Source of the DNA: Phycisphaerae bacterium
Lineage (GTDB): Bacteria > Planctomycetota > Phycisphaerae > UBA1845 > Fen-1342
Length of the DNA stretch: 64,000 nucleotides
Direction of reading: 5' to 3'
Assembly (NCBI GenBank): GCA_963675745.2
Contig: CAXXWX010000017.1
Span: 58,097 to 122,096 of the forward strand
Part shown: piece by piece, positions 29,585 to 38,198 of the stretch
Layout: every line of letters starts with the position of its first letter
How positions within the stretch are numbered: the first letter of the stretch is position 1
Position numbers and translations under genes: made by a program
The notes under the pieces: model-generated
The model's input: the letters and a program-made list of their open reading frames with translations, nothing else
Databases searched by the model: none
Told to the model about the DNA's origin: nothing

Positions 29585-30074
29585 GACCCGAACGACGCCG
29601 ATCCGAATGACGCCGTGGCTGGCGAGCAGTTCGATTATGCGTACGACAGCATCGGCAACCGCCTGACGCATGAAGATGACCGCGATTGGGAATACACCGC
29701 CAACGAGTTGAACCAGTACGACGCCGTCGAGACGGATGACGGCAACACGCCGGTGATCGCCGAGGGGTATCGGTTCGACGAGGATGGGAATCTCGAAGAG
29801 GCGTTCGTGAACGGCGACATGAACTGCGACGGGTTGGTGAATACCCTTGACACCTTGAGCGGCGTCAAGGGCAGGCCGGCGACACCGACGCGTTTGTAAT
29901 CGCCCTGATGTACGGCTGTGCGACGTACGCCACGTATTACCCGTACTGCGATTGCCTCAACGGCGACTTCAACCGCGATGTGCAGGTCAACACCTTTGAC
30001 GCCTTGAGCGGTGTCAATGGCAGGCCGGCGATCTCGACCCGTTCGTGGCGGCCTCGGGCAACCAGAGCCGCGAC
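29585..30074 (+). pseudogene. Rhs cassette C remnant, frameshifted by two micro-insertions and truncated before the core
   Basis: DPNDADPNDAVAGEQFDYAYDSIGNRL...GDMNCDGLVN, then insertions at 29844 and 29993; homology to cassette B stops at 30074. Confidence 0.85.
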
Positions 30075-30183
30075 GTCATCTCTGGCGGACGACGGCTTCT
30101 TGAAACGCCGCGATTGTTTGCCGGTGAGGCTGTAGCCAGGCCCGGTCAGGCTGTGATCGGCATGGTCCGTCCGGGCCAGGATT

Positions 30184-30243
30184 AAAAAAAGCAGGGGCCG
30201 ACGATCAGGGGGCATGTTCGCCCCGTGAACATCGGCCCCCTGC
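30184..30243 (-). terminator. Rho-independent terminator of the large secreted protein gene
   Basis: Minus strand GCAGGGGGCCGA...TCGGCCCCTGC followed by TTTTTTT, about 30 nt after the stop at 30273. Confidence 0.75.
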
Positions 30244-30272
30244 ACCTTCGGCTCCCCTCGTGTGATTCCCTA

Positions 30273-33200
30273 TCAGCGGGCCAATAGCTCGACGAACGCG
30301 TCGATATCTCCATTGTTGACAAAGGTATCCTGGTTGATATCGCCCAGGTTGATGTCGCAGCCGGGGTAATTCGCGGCGTAGGCGTCGGGGTCAGAGATTG
30401 CCATCACAAACGCGTCGATGTCGCCGTTGTTGACCCAGCCGTCGCAGTTAAGGTCACCCAACTCGTACTGCTGGTCGATCACCTCCAGGTTGACGCCGGT
30501 CGCCGCGTATGCCACGCGCCAATAGAGTCCCTCCGGCAGTGTTGGCAACTGGGTTTGATCGAACTCCCCCGAGCGGCTGCCGCATTCCACGACGGCGAAG
30601 CCGTCGCCGAGGCCGGGTACAAACCCGTCAACCAGGACGACGGCCAGCTCACCGCCGAGGATGGCACTGCCGGTCACGTCGAGGACACAATATTCGTCGC
30701 CGGCGGTCGTGCCGCCGAGCTCAATCCAGAGCGTGCCGTTGGCCTGTTGCTTGAAATCGCCCTGGACGTTCAGGGTGCCGGTGAGGATGTCGTCGTTGAT
30801 CGAGCCGCCGGGGTAAACCGCTCCGTCGCCGTTCACAACGGTGCCCGTGATGAGCCCCGTGCCTCCGAGGTGGGCGCCGGGGCCGAGGTGCAGCTCGCCC
30901 GCCGGCACGCTGTTGGGATCAACGCCCAGCGCAGCGCGGCCGTCGCCGACGTCGATACTCGCAGCGCCCGCGCGACCGACCATCAGAACCGGCGTTTCGA
31001 ACGTGGAACCCGTGCCGCTCAGCGTCACGTGTCCGCCGGAGCCTTCCTGCAAGCCGAGGAAGCAGGCGGAGTTGGCGTTGAAGTGGCCGCCGTTGGCGAT
31101 GCTCAGCGTGGCACTGCCGGCGTCGCCGAGCTTGCTTGGGTAGGCGCTGGCACTCTCGTATTTCGAGCCGAGGCCGTCCACGGTGATGTTGGCGACAGCG
31201 CCCGCTTGTGAACCGGCAAACAGCTCGCCGTTGGAGTATGCTTCCGACCCGCCGAGAATGCTCAGAGCGCCCTGCCCGCTGTTGCCGACGACTATCGGCG
31301 CGAGGTCCGCGCTCAGCAGGCTGCCGCCATCAACAGTCACTGTTCCATCCGAGCCGGCGATGTCGCCGACAATGATCCAGCCGGTGTAGTCGAGCGTGCT
31401 GACGGTGGCCCCGCCGCCGACTTCGAGCGCGCCGGTCCCCCAATAGCCGATCCGCAGGCCTTCGGTCGTCGTCAGCGTCGAACCGGCCCCATCGACAATC
31501 ACATCGCCGTGACCGGTGGTCGCCACGCCGGCCTCGAGCCAATGTGCCACGCCGGCGGCCTGCCCTTGAATCGTCAGGCTTCCAATACCCTGGTTGCCGA
31601 CCTGCATACCCTCGGTTGTGCTCAAGACGGTACCGGCGCCGCTGGCGGTGAGTTCACCGTCACCGGTGGTGTCCCAGCCGATGATCAACGACTGTGCCGC
31701 CACCGATGCGGTGCCGGCGACGTCGAGCGCAGCCTGGCCGGCCACGCCGACGGCGATTGTGTTGGTCGCCATGAGGGAAGTACTGTCGCCCGTCGCGCTG
31801 CCGTCTCCGGACCCTGTGCTGCCGCGTCCCAGGTAAATCCACGCCGCATTGACGCTGGCGCCCTCGGTGAGGGTGCAGGTACCCTGGCCATCCCAGCCAA
31901 CCGTCAGGCTGTCGCCGATGGTCGCCGTTGAGTCGTCCCCGCTGACGCTGAATTCAGCAACTCCGATCTGGTTACCGCCGACCACGATCTGGTTGGCGTC
32001 GATGGCGCCGCCATCGCTGGCGGTAAGCGCGCCGCTACCCTGATAGCCGACTTCGATCGAGTTAGTCACGTCAAGCCGGGAACCGCCGTTTGCCACCGAC
32101 GTCGTGCCGTCGGCCGTCTCGGCCAGGCCGATGTTCATCCAGTCGGCGGAAGCCGCGCCACCGCCGAGGATGCTGAGCGTGCCCTGGCCGCCGTCGCCGA
32201 CGTTGAGGTAGTTGTCAGTCGCCAGCGACGATCCGGCACCAGTGACGGTAACGTCGGCGGTGGCGGTGTCGAACCAGGCGATCCTGATCGTGTTGAGCAC
32301 ATCAACGTTGCCGCCGTCCGCGACCGTCAGTGTCGCGGTGCCGCTGAGCCCGAGGTTCAGCGTGTTTCCGACGTCCAGCAGGGAGTCGGCGCCGGTGATG
32401 GTCGCCTCGCCGTCGCCAGTCGCGCTGTAACCCAGATCGACGTTCTCGGCCTGCGCCGTCGAGCCGCCGCTGATGGTCATCGTGCCGGTCGCCTGATCGC
32501 CAATGCCCATCGCTGCTCCAATGGCCGAGATGGCGGCGCCGTTGCTGATGGTGGCGGTGCCCGGGCCGTACCGGCCAACGCGGATCAGCTCGTCGACCGT
32601 GAGCACAGAAGGTGCATCGGCCACGTTCAGCGTCCCCACGCCGGTCGTGGATGAACCGATATTCATCTCACGCACGTCCAGTGATCCGCCGTTCAGCACG
32701 TCGGCCCGACCTTGGCCGCCGTCACCGACATAGATGAGGTTGTCCGTTGCCAGTGATGACTCGGCATCGGTGACCGTCAGTTGTCCCGAGCTGCCCTCGA
32801 ACCAGGCGAGGCGGATCGTGTTCAGCACGTTGACCGCACCGCCTGTGGAAACGGTCAGTTCGGCACTGCCGTTCTGTCCGAGGTTCATCGCGTTGCCGAC
32901 GTCCAACATGGAATCAGTGCCGGTGACAGTAAGGTCACCGTCGCCGGTCGTGCCGCAGCCCAGATCGACGACCTCGGTTTGCACCGATGAGCCGCCGCTG
33001 ACGATCATCGTGCCGGTGGCCTGATCGCCGACAACGAGCCCCGCGCCGGAAGCGGAGACGGTTGCCCCGTTGCTGATGGTCGCGGTGCCGGGGCCGCCCT
33101 GGCCGACGCGCATCGTGTTTGCCACCACCAGCTCCGACGACGCATCATCGACGGTGAGTGTGCCCTCGCCCGTGGGGCTTACGCCGACATTCACCTCCTG

Positions 33201-34208
33201 GGCCTCGATCAAGCCGCCGTTCAATACGTCGGCTTGTCCTTGACCGCCGTCGCCGACCAGCAGTGAGCCGTTCAACAGGAAGATCGAGTTCGGGTCGGTG
33301 ACAGTGAGTTCGCCGGTGCTGTCGGCGAACCAGGCCACGCGGGCGATCGACTCGACGCTGGCGCTGCCGGCCCGCTCAATCGTCAGAGCGGCGGTCCCGG
33401 ACATCCCCACGTTCAACGAGCCCGAGAGATCGAACGAGGCCTCGGCGCCACGAACGGTCACTGCGCCGTCGCCCGTCGCGCCGTTTCCGATGTTTGAATG
33501 CACGCTGCTGATCGAACCGCCGTCCCGTACCAGAACGGTGGCCGTGCCTGCGTCTCCGACGGTGAAGTGGTCGGTCAGCGTCAGCGAGGCATCTGTCCCA
33601 TAGACTTCCACGGATCCCTGGTTCCCGAAGTTATGTCCACCGATGATGGACCGGAAGGCCGTAACGGAAGCGCCGTCATGGATGACGACGCTCCCGTCAC
33701 CGTCATTGGCCACACCCAGCGCGTCGGAGAGCGTGGCGGTGATCCCCGGGCCGAAGTCGAGCATTCCGTGCGCGCCCTCCCCCAAGCCGACGTCGGCCGT
33801 CTCCGCCTCAATCGTCCCATCCGTCAGCCACAAGCTGCCCACCTGCCCGGCGGATTCGCCTACTACGAGCCCGCGGCCGGCGAGGCTGAGCGTATACGTG
33901 ATGCCCTCCAGGTCCAGGGCAACCATGTCATCGCGCACCAGACACGCGCTGTTGGTGATGTTCATCCCCGGGCTGAACGTCACCGAGTACGCCGCCGTTT
34001 GCCCCAGGTCGAAGATTGCCGTGTCGTTGGGATCGGGCACGGACTGTGGGCTCCAGTTGGTGGCGACGTCGAACGTGCCGCCGTGCGGTTCGTCCCAGAA
34101 GATATCGGCCGCCATGGTGGTTTGGACGGTCAGTACCGCCACCACCAATGTCGCCAGGCGTACCCGCTTCGCCCACCTGCCGCGTGATTCGCTTGTGCTC
34201 TTTCGCAT
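30273..34208 (-). CDS. Large secreted protein with T5SS/PEP-CTERM-associated-type beta-helix repeats and C-terminal dockerin-like domain
   Basis: GGAGG before ATG 34208; signal peptide; many VG.GG.G.L.V..GG repeats; GDFKQ..GTLWIELGG..LDVTGSAILGGEL; GDLNCDGWVNNGDIDAFV...GDINQDTFVNNGDIDAFV. Confidence 0.87.
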   Translation of the reverse strand: MRKSTSESRGRWAKRVRLATLVVAVLTVQTTMAADIFWDEPHGGTFDVATNWSPQSVPDPNDTAIFDLGQTAAYSVTFSPGMNITNSACLVRDDMVALDLEGITYTLSLAGRGLVVGESAGQVGSLWLTDGTIEAETADVGLGEGAHGMLDFGPGITATLSDALGVANDGDGSVVIHDGASVTAFRSIIGGHNFGNQGSVEVYGTDASLTLTDHFTVGDAGTATVLVRDGGSISSVHSNIGNGATGDGAVTVRGAEASFDLSGSLNVGMSGTAALTIERAGSASVESIARVAWFADSTGELTVTDPNSIFLLNGSLLVGDGGQGQADVLNGGLIEAQEVNVGVSPTGEGTLTVDDASSELVVANTMRVGQGGPGTATISNGATVSASGAGLVVGDQATGTMIVSGGSSVQTEVVDLGCGTTGDGDLTVTGTDSMLDVGNAMNLGQNGSAELTVSTGGAVNVLNTIRLAWFEGSSGQLTVTDAESSLATDNLIYVGDGGQGRADVLNGGSLDVREMNIGSSTTGVGTLNVADAPSVLTVDELIRVGRYGPGTATISNGAAISAIGAAMGIGDQATGTMTISGGSTAQAENVDLGYSATGDGEATITGADSLLDVGNTLNLGLSGTATLTVADGGNVDVLNTIRIAWFDTATADVTVTGAGSSLATDNYLNVGDGGQGTLSILGGGAASADWMNIGLAETADGTTSVANGGSRLDVTNSIEVGYQGSGALTASDGGAIDANQIVVGGNQIGVAEFSVSGDDSTATIGDSLTVGWDGQGTCTLTEGASVNAAWIYLGRGSTGSGDGSATGDSTSLMATNTIAVGVAGQAALDVAGTASVAAQSLIIGWDTTGDGELTASGAGTVLSTTEGMQVGNQGIGSLTIQGQAAGVAHWLEAGVATTGHGDVIVDGAGSTLTTTEGLRIGYWGTGALEVGGGATVSTLDYTGWIIVGDIAGSDGTVTVDGGSLLSADLAPIVVGNSGQGALSILGGSEAYSNGELFAGSQAGAVANITVDGLGSKYESASAYPSKLGDAGSATLSIANGGHFNANSACFLGLQEGSGGHVTLSGTGSTFETPVLMVGRAGAASIDVGDGRAALGVDPNSVPAGELHLGPGAHLGGTGLITGTVVNGDGAVYPGGSINDDILTGTLNVQGDFKQQANGTLWIELGGTTAGDEYCVLDVTGSAILGGELAVVLVDGFVPGLGDGFAVVECGSRSGEFDQTQLPTLPEGLYWRVAYAATGVNLEVIDQQYELGDLNCDGWVNNGDIDAFVMAISDPDAYAANYPGCDINLGDINQDTFVNNGDIDAFVELLAR

Positions 34209-34497
34209 GATGATTCCTCCTACGGATGCGTCGCTCCTGCTTGGCATCACGGCGCCCTGGGGCTGGTTCCCTGCAAGTCGCGTGTGATGACCCTGCCCTA
34301 TGTCAACTCCCGCCAGTCCGGCCCGCGTCGAGCCGAGGTGACCGGGGGTGCCGGTGCCGGTCACCCCGCCGTTATCTCAAGCGGGTGTTGTTCGGATGCG
34401 TGACGCAGGTAGGGAGTGTTTTTTGCGTCGTCGTTCGGCGGCGTCAGTGGGACGTACCATGCATGGTGTTTATCGGATGTGCGCGAGCGGGCATGAT

Positions 34498-37146
34498 TCA
34501 CGGGTGGGGTTGATCGGATTCGCGCGCCGCGACCCAGTGCGGCCACAGCGGGGCGACCTGCACCCGGGCCATGAACACCTGGGCGAAGCGATAGTCGATG
34601 TAGATGAACACGCCGGTATCGAGGCAGGTTTGCAGGAATTCGCGGCCGGCGGCTTGGTTCCCGCGCGAGATTTCGCGCAGCGCGACGATAAACGCGGCCT
34701 CACAGCGCGCGCCCGGCCGTCCCTTCGTGCTGGCGAGGAACGCCGTTGCATCGATTTCCCCCAAGAAGTACGCCAGGCCGTTGGGCACGTCGGCTTCCAC
34801 CGCGACCGTTGGCCGCGCATCGCGTGCCGTGCGTGCTTGCAGCTCCCGAACGGCGGCGAGTGCCTCGGCCGGCGCGCCGAGCAGCTCCAGGAATATGGCG
34901 GAGGCAATCAGTCCGGTCGGATTCCCCGTCTGCGCAGCCACACACGTTCGGCACACAGCGCGCGCATCTTCCAGGCGCCCCAGTTCCGCCAGTAGCAGCG
35001 CCTTCTGCAACGGTAATGGGAAGAACCCGGGCAGATCCTCGCATGCCGGTGTCAGATGCTGCAAGGCCTCCTCCAACTCGCCCTGCGCGTGCAGCGAGAT
35101 CGCCAGTTGATGCACGATGCCCGGGTGGTTTTTGCCGGTGGATTGGCGGTCGATCTCCAACGCTTGCTTGAAGCACGCCGTTGCCTGTGCGTGTTCGCCG
35201 ACAAACCGCCGGTAGACGCCTTCGCGGTTCAATCCGCCGATTTCATGTGGGCGTTGCAGTTCGCGTGTGCGGACGAAGTCTCTTCGGCTGTTCTCGAGCC
35301 AGGTCGGCGCGAACTCGCTGAGATCGGGTTGAGTGGTCGCGTAGGCCGCGGCGAACAACCACCCCGTGGCCCGCGCCGCGTAGGCGCGCGACGTGTCCGC
35401 CGCGAAAACGACCCACGCATCGAAGTCATCGAGCATCGGCTGCAATTGCGTGCGATCCCCTTGCGCGAGCAACAGGTTGCCGCGATGGTGGGCGCGGGCA
35501 CTGATGGCCGGCGTGAAGTCAACGCGCATCGCGATGGCGCGGTTGTACGACTCGAGCGCCCCGGCGTCCTGGACCTTGGCCTGCGTCAGCCCGCGCAGCA
35601 GCCAGCCGAGAGCCGTGTCGATGCGGCGGCCCACGTTGGCTTCGAAGAAGCGCTCGCCGTTGCTGATGTCGGCGGTTGAGTAATAGGCGAACGACAGCGC
35701 GTAGCACACCTCGACGTGTTCCGGGTCTCGTTGATACGCCTTCAGCAGTGGCGGGATGGCGCGCTGAGGCTGACCGTTCAGCAGCGGCCCGAGTCCGCGG
35801 TACAGGTACAACCGCGGCGTACCCACGCCCAACGATTCCGCATTGTCCAGCAACTCGCCGGCGCGCTCCAGGTCGCTTTTGAACAGCACCGCGGTAAACG
35901 CCTCATCGAGATATTGTCGCGCCTTGGCCTCGCGGAGGCGCCCCGTGAGCATCGCGGTTGTCACGATCAGCGCCAACACCACCACGGCCGCCAACGTGTA
36001 CCATCGACGTTGCGCCACAAAGCGTGCGGCCTTTACAGCCAGCGGCGTGCGGCGCGCATGAATCGGCTCTCCCTCGACGAATCGCCGGCAATCCTCCGCC
36101 ACCGCCGCCGCGCGCGGATACCGCCTGTCAGGATCCTTCTCCATGCACTTGGAGACGATGGTCTCGAGGTCGCGCGGAATCGCCCGGTTTAACTGCCGGA
36201 TGGGCAGGGGGGTGCCGACGGCGATCTGGTTCAGTACGACGTCGCGCTCGCTGCCGTCAAACGCCGGTTCGAGCGTGAGCAGTTCGTACAGCGTCGCGCC
36301 CAGGGAGTAGATGTCGGTGCGCTCGTCGAGCTGTGTATTGCTGCCGCGTGCCTGCTCTGGCGACATGTAGCGCGCCGTGCCGACGACGTCGCCGGAGATT
36401 GTCAGCGAGCTCAAGGCGTCCCCGCGGGCCAGGCCGAAGTCGGTGATCCACACACTGCCGCGCGCATCTCGCAGCAGGTTCGACGGCTTCACGTCGCGGT
36501 GGATGACGCCGCGCTCGTGGGCGTGCGCCAGTGCGTCCGCAATCTGTCGCCCCCATCCCGCCACGCGTCTGAAGTGCTCGCGCCCCGGTTGGTTGCCGGA
36601 AGCTCTGAGTTCGGCCAGGTGCTCCGCCAGTGTGCAGCCCTCGACAAACTGCATGGCGTAGAAGTGGATACCGTGTTCCTGGCCGACCGCGTAGACGGGA
36701 ACGATGTTGGCGTGCTGAAGCCGACCCGCCATCGCCGCTTCTCGGGTGAAGCGCTCCAGCGCGGTATCTGACAGGAGTGTCCCCGCCGCGAGGACCTTCA
36801 GCGCCACCCGCCGGCCCATCGACGTCTGGATCGCCTCATAGACGACGCCCATACCCCCACGGCCCACCTCCCGCAAAATCCGGTATTCCCCCAGCATCTC
36901 ATGCCGGCGCAGGCCGGCGGCGTTGAGACTCCTGCTCGTCGCTTCCACGAAGTCGAGCGTCTTGAATACACCACGCAGGGCATCGGCCAACTCGGGATGC
37001 GCCGCCACGTAAGCCTGCTGATCGGGGATCTCGCCGGCGGCCAACTCCTCTAAGTAGCGATCCAGGATCTCTTCAAGCGTCGCGCCGGACTTGTGCGCGG
37101 GCGGCGGCTGAGGTGCGGCGTGGTCATCGGGTTTTTCAGAGGGCAT
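34498..37146 (-). CDS. Ser/Thr protein kinase with TM segment and TPR repeats
   Basis: GRGGMGVVY, VALKVL, IHRDVKPSN, ITDFGLA, GTARYMSPEQ, DIYSLG; TM YTLAAVVVLALIV; helical repeats. Confidence 0.93.
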   Translation of the reverse strand: MPSEKPDDHAAPQPPPAHKSGATLEEILDRYLEELAAGEIPDQQAYVAAHPELADALRGVFKTLDFVEATSRSLNAAGLRRHEMLGEYRILREVGRGGMGVVYEAIQTSMGRRVALKVLAAGTLLSDTALERFTREAAMAGRLQHANIVPVYAVGQEHGIHFYAMQFVEGCTLAEHLAELRASGNQPGREHFRRVAGWGRQIADALAHAHERGVIHRDVKPSNLLRDARGSVWITDFGLARGDALSSLTISGDVVGTARYMSPEQARGSNTQLDERTDIYSLGATLYELLTLEPAFDGSERDVVLNQIAVGTPLPIRQLNRAIPRDLETIVSKCMEKDPDRRYPRAAAVAEDCRRFVEGEPIHARRTPLAVKAARFVAQRRWYTLAAVVVLALIVTTAMLTGRLREAKARQYLDEAFTAVLFKSDLERAGELLDNAESLGVGTPRLYLYRGLGPLLNGQPQRAIPPLLKAYQRDPEHVEVCYALSFAYYSTADISNGERFFEANVGRRIDTALGWLLRGLTQAKVQDAGALESYNRAIAMRVDFTPAISARAHHRGNLLLAQGDRTQLQPMLDDFDAWVVFAADTSRAYAARATGWLFAAAYATTQPDLSEFAPTWLENSRRDFVRTRELQRPHEIGGLNREGVYRRFVGEHAQATACFKQALEIDRQSTGKNHPGIVHQLAISLHAQGELEEALQHLTPACEDLPGFFPLPLQKALLLAELGRLEDARAVCRTCVAAQTGNPTGLIASAIFLELLGAPAEALAAVRELQARTARDARPTVAVEADVPNGLAYFLGEIDATAFLASTKGRPGARCEAAFIVALREISRGNQAAGREFLQTCLDTGVFIYIDYRFAQVFMARVQVAPLWPHWVAARESDQPHP

Positions 37147-37750
37147 GTCCCAGGAGTTCTCGCAGCCGAATCAGCGCCCGTACACACAAGCTGCGTACGG
37201 CACGGTCTGATCGTCCCATCCGTTCCGCGGTCTCGGCGACATCCATTTGACTGAAGTAGCGCAACTGAATCACCTCACGCTGGTCAGCCGAAAGCTGCTC
37301 CAGCGCCTGGCGAAGAAGCTGAACGCGATCGGCGTGAGCAGCGACCTTCGATGGCGTCGCACCTGAGTCTGTGACGGCGTCCAAAAGTCGCCCCATCGAC
37401 GCATCGATGCCCAGGTCCGCCACACGCACCTCGCCACGTCGCTTCCGTGTTTGAAACGCCTGTCGGTCCACGTCGCAGATGCGATTGACGGCGATGCGGC
37501 GAAGCCACGCGAAGAAGCTGTCGTGCCCGCGATCAACAAACTGCTCGATGTTGTTCACCGCATCCAGGAAAACCTGCTGCATCACATCCTGCGACTCGAG
37601 CCGTTGGCGCAGACGGTCGCCCAACTCCGCCCGGACGGACTCCAACAGGCGCTGTGTGTGCATCCGCACCAGCTCTTCCAGCGCGGACTCGTCACGATCC
37701 TTGGCCCGCGCGATCAGATCCTGCAATTGGTTTGGCTCCACGCTGCGCAT
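37136..37750 (-). CDS. ECF sigma factor, planctomycete kinase-associated type
   Basis: LGDRLRQRLESQDVMQ, FFAWLRRIA, TPS motif, LSADQREVIQLRY...AERMGRS; overlaps the kinase start. Confidence 0.9.
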   Translation of the reverse strand: MRSVEPNQLQDLIARAKDRDESALEELVRMHTQRLLESVRAELGDRLRQRLESQDVMQQVFLDAVNNIEQFVDRGHDSFFAWLRRIAVNRICDVDRQAFQTRKRRGEVRVADLGIDASMGRLLDAVTDSGATPSKVAAHADRVQLLRQALEQLSADQREVIQLRYFSQMDVAETAERMGRSDRAVRSLCVRALIRLRELLGHAL

Positions 37751-38134
37751 AGCTCACCTCCCCGACTAAAAGCGGGCAAGCCGCGCCTGCGCCACTCTCC
37801 AAACTCGCGGCACATCGCATCCGTGGATGGACTATAGACGGCGATCGTGGCCGACGCCAAACTTCGCATCGGCCGATATCTCCCCCGAAAGCCGCCGCGG
37901 CGCGATTGTCGAACGCTTTACTCTCGCGGCCCGGGTTTGTGGCGGCGTTCGCAGATCGACGGCTAAACGCGTCAGGCCGGATGTCGTGGTTCCGGGAACC
38001 ACTGTCCAACGCGGAATCGAAGTGCTTGCCAGACCTAAGGTTATGAGCCCGAGGTTCTCTGCCCGGCGAACCGGATGGTGTAAACGCCGATTGTCCGCGT
38101 TCCGGCTGCTTAATGTTTCGTTCTCACCGCATGC

Positions 38135-38143
38135 TGCTAGAAT
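38135..38143 (+). promoter_or_regulatory. Possible extended -10 promoter for the kinase-ECF operon
   Basis: TG-C-TAGAAT about 55 nt upstream of GTG 38199. Confidence 0.35.
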
Positions 38144-38198
38144 GCAATCTGGGTGATATCGGAGCGCGGTAGGACAACAGCCATGGTGGGTTTGCTGC

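Noticed and set aside
34220..34470. Riboswitch in the leader of the large secreted protein
   Set aside because: A hairpin (GGTGACCGG...CCGGTCACC) is present but I could not match any known aptamer consensus; an Rfam scan would decide.
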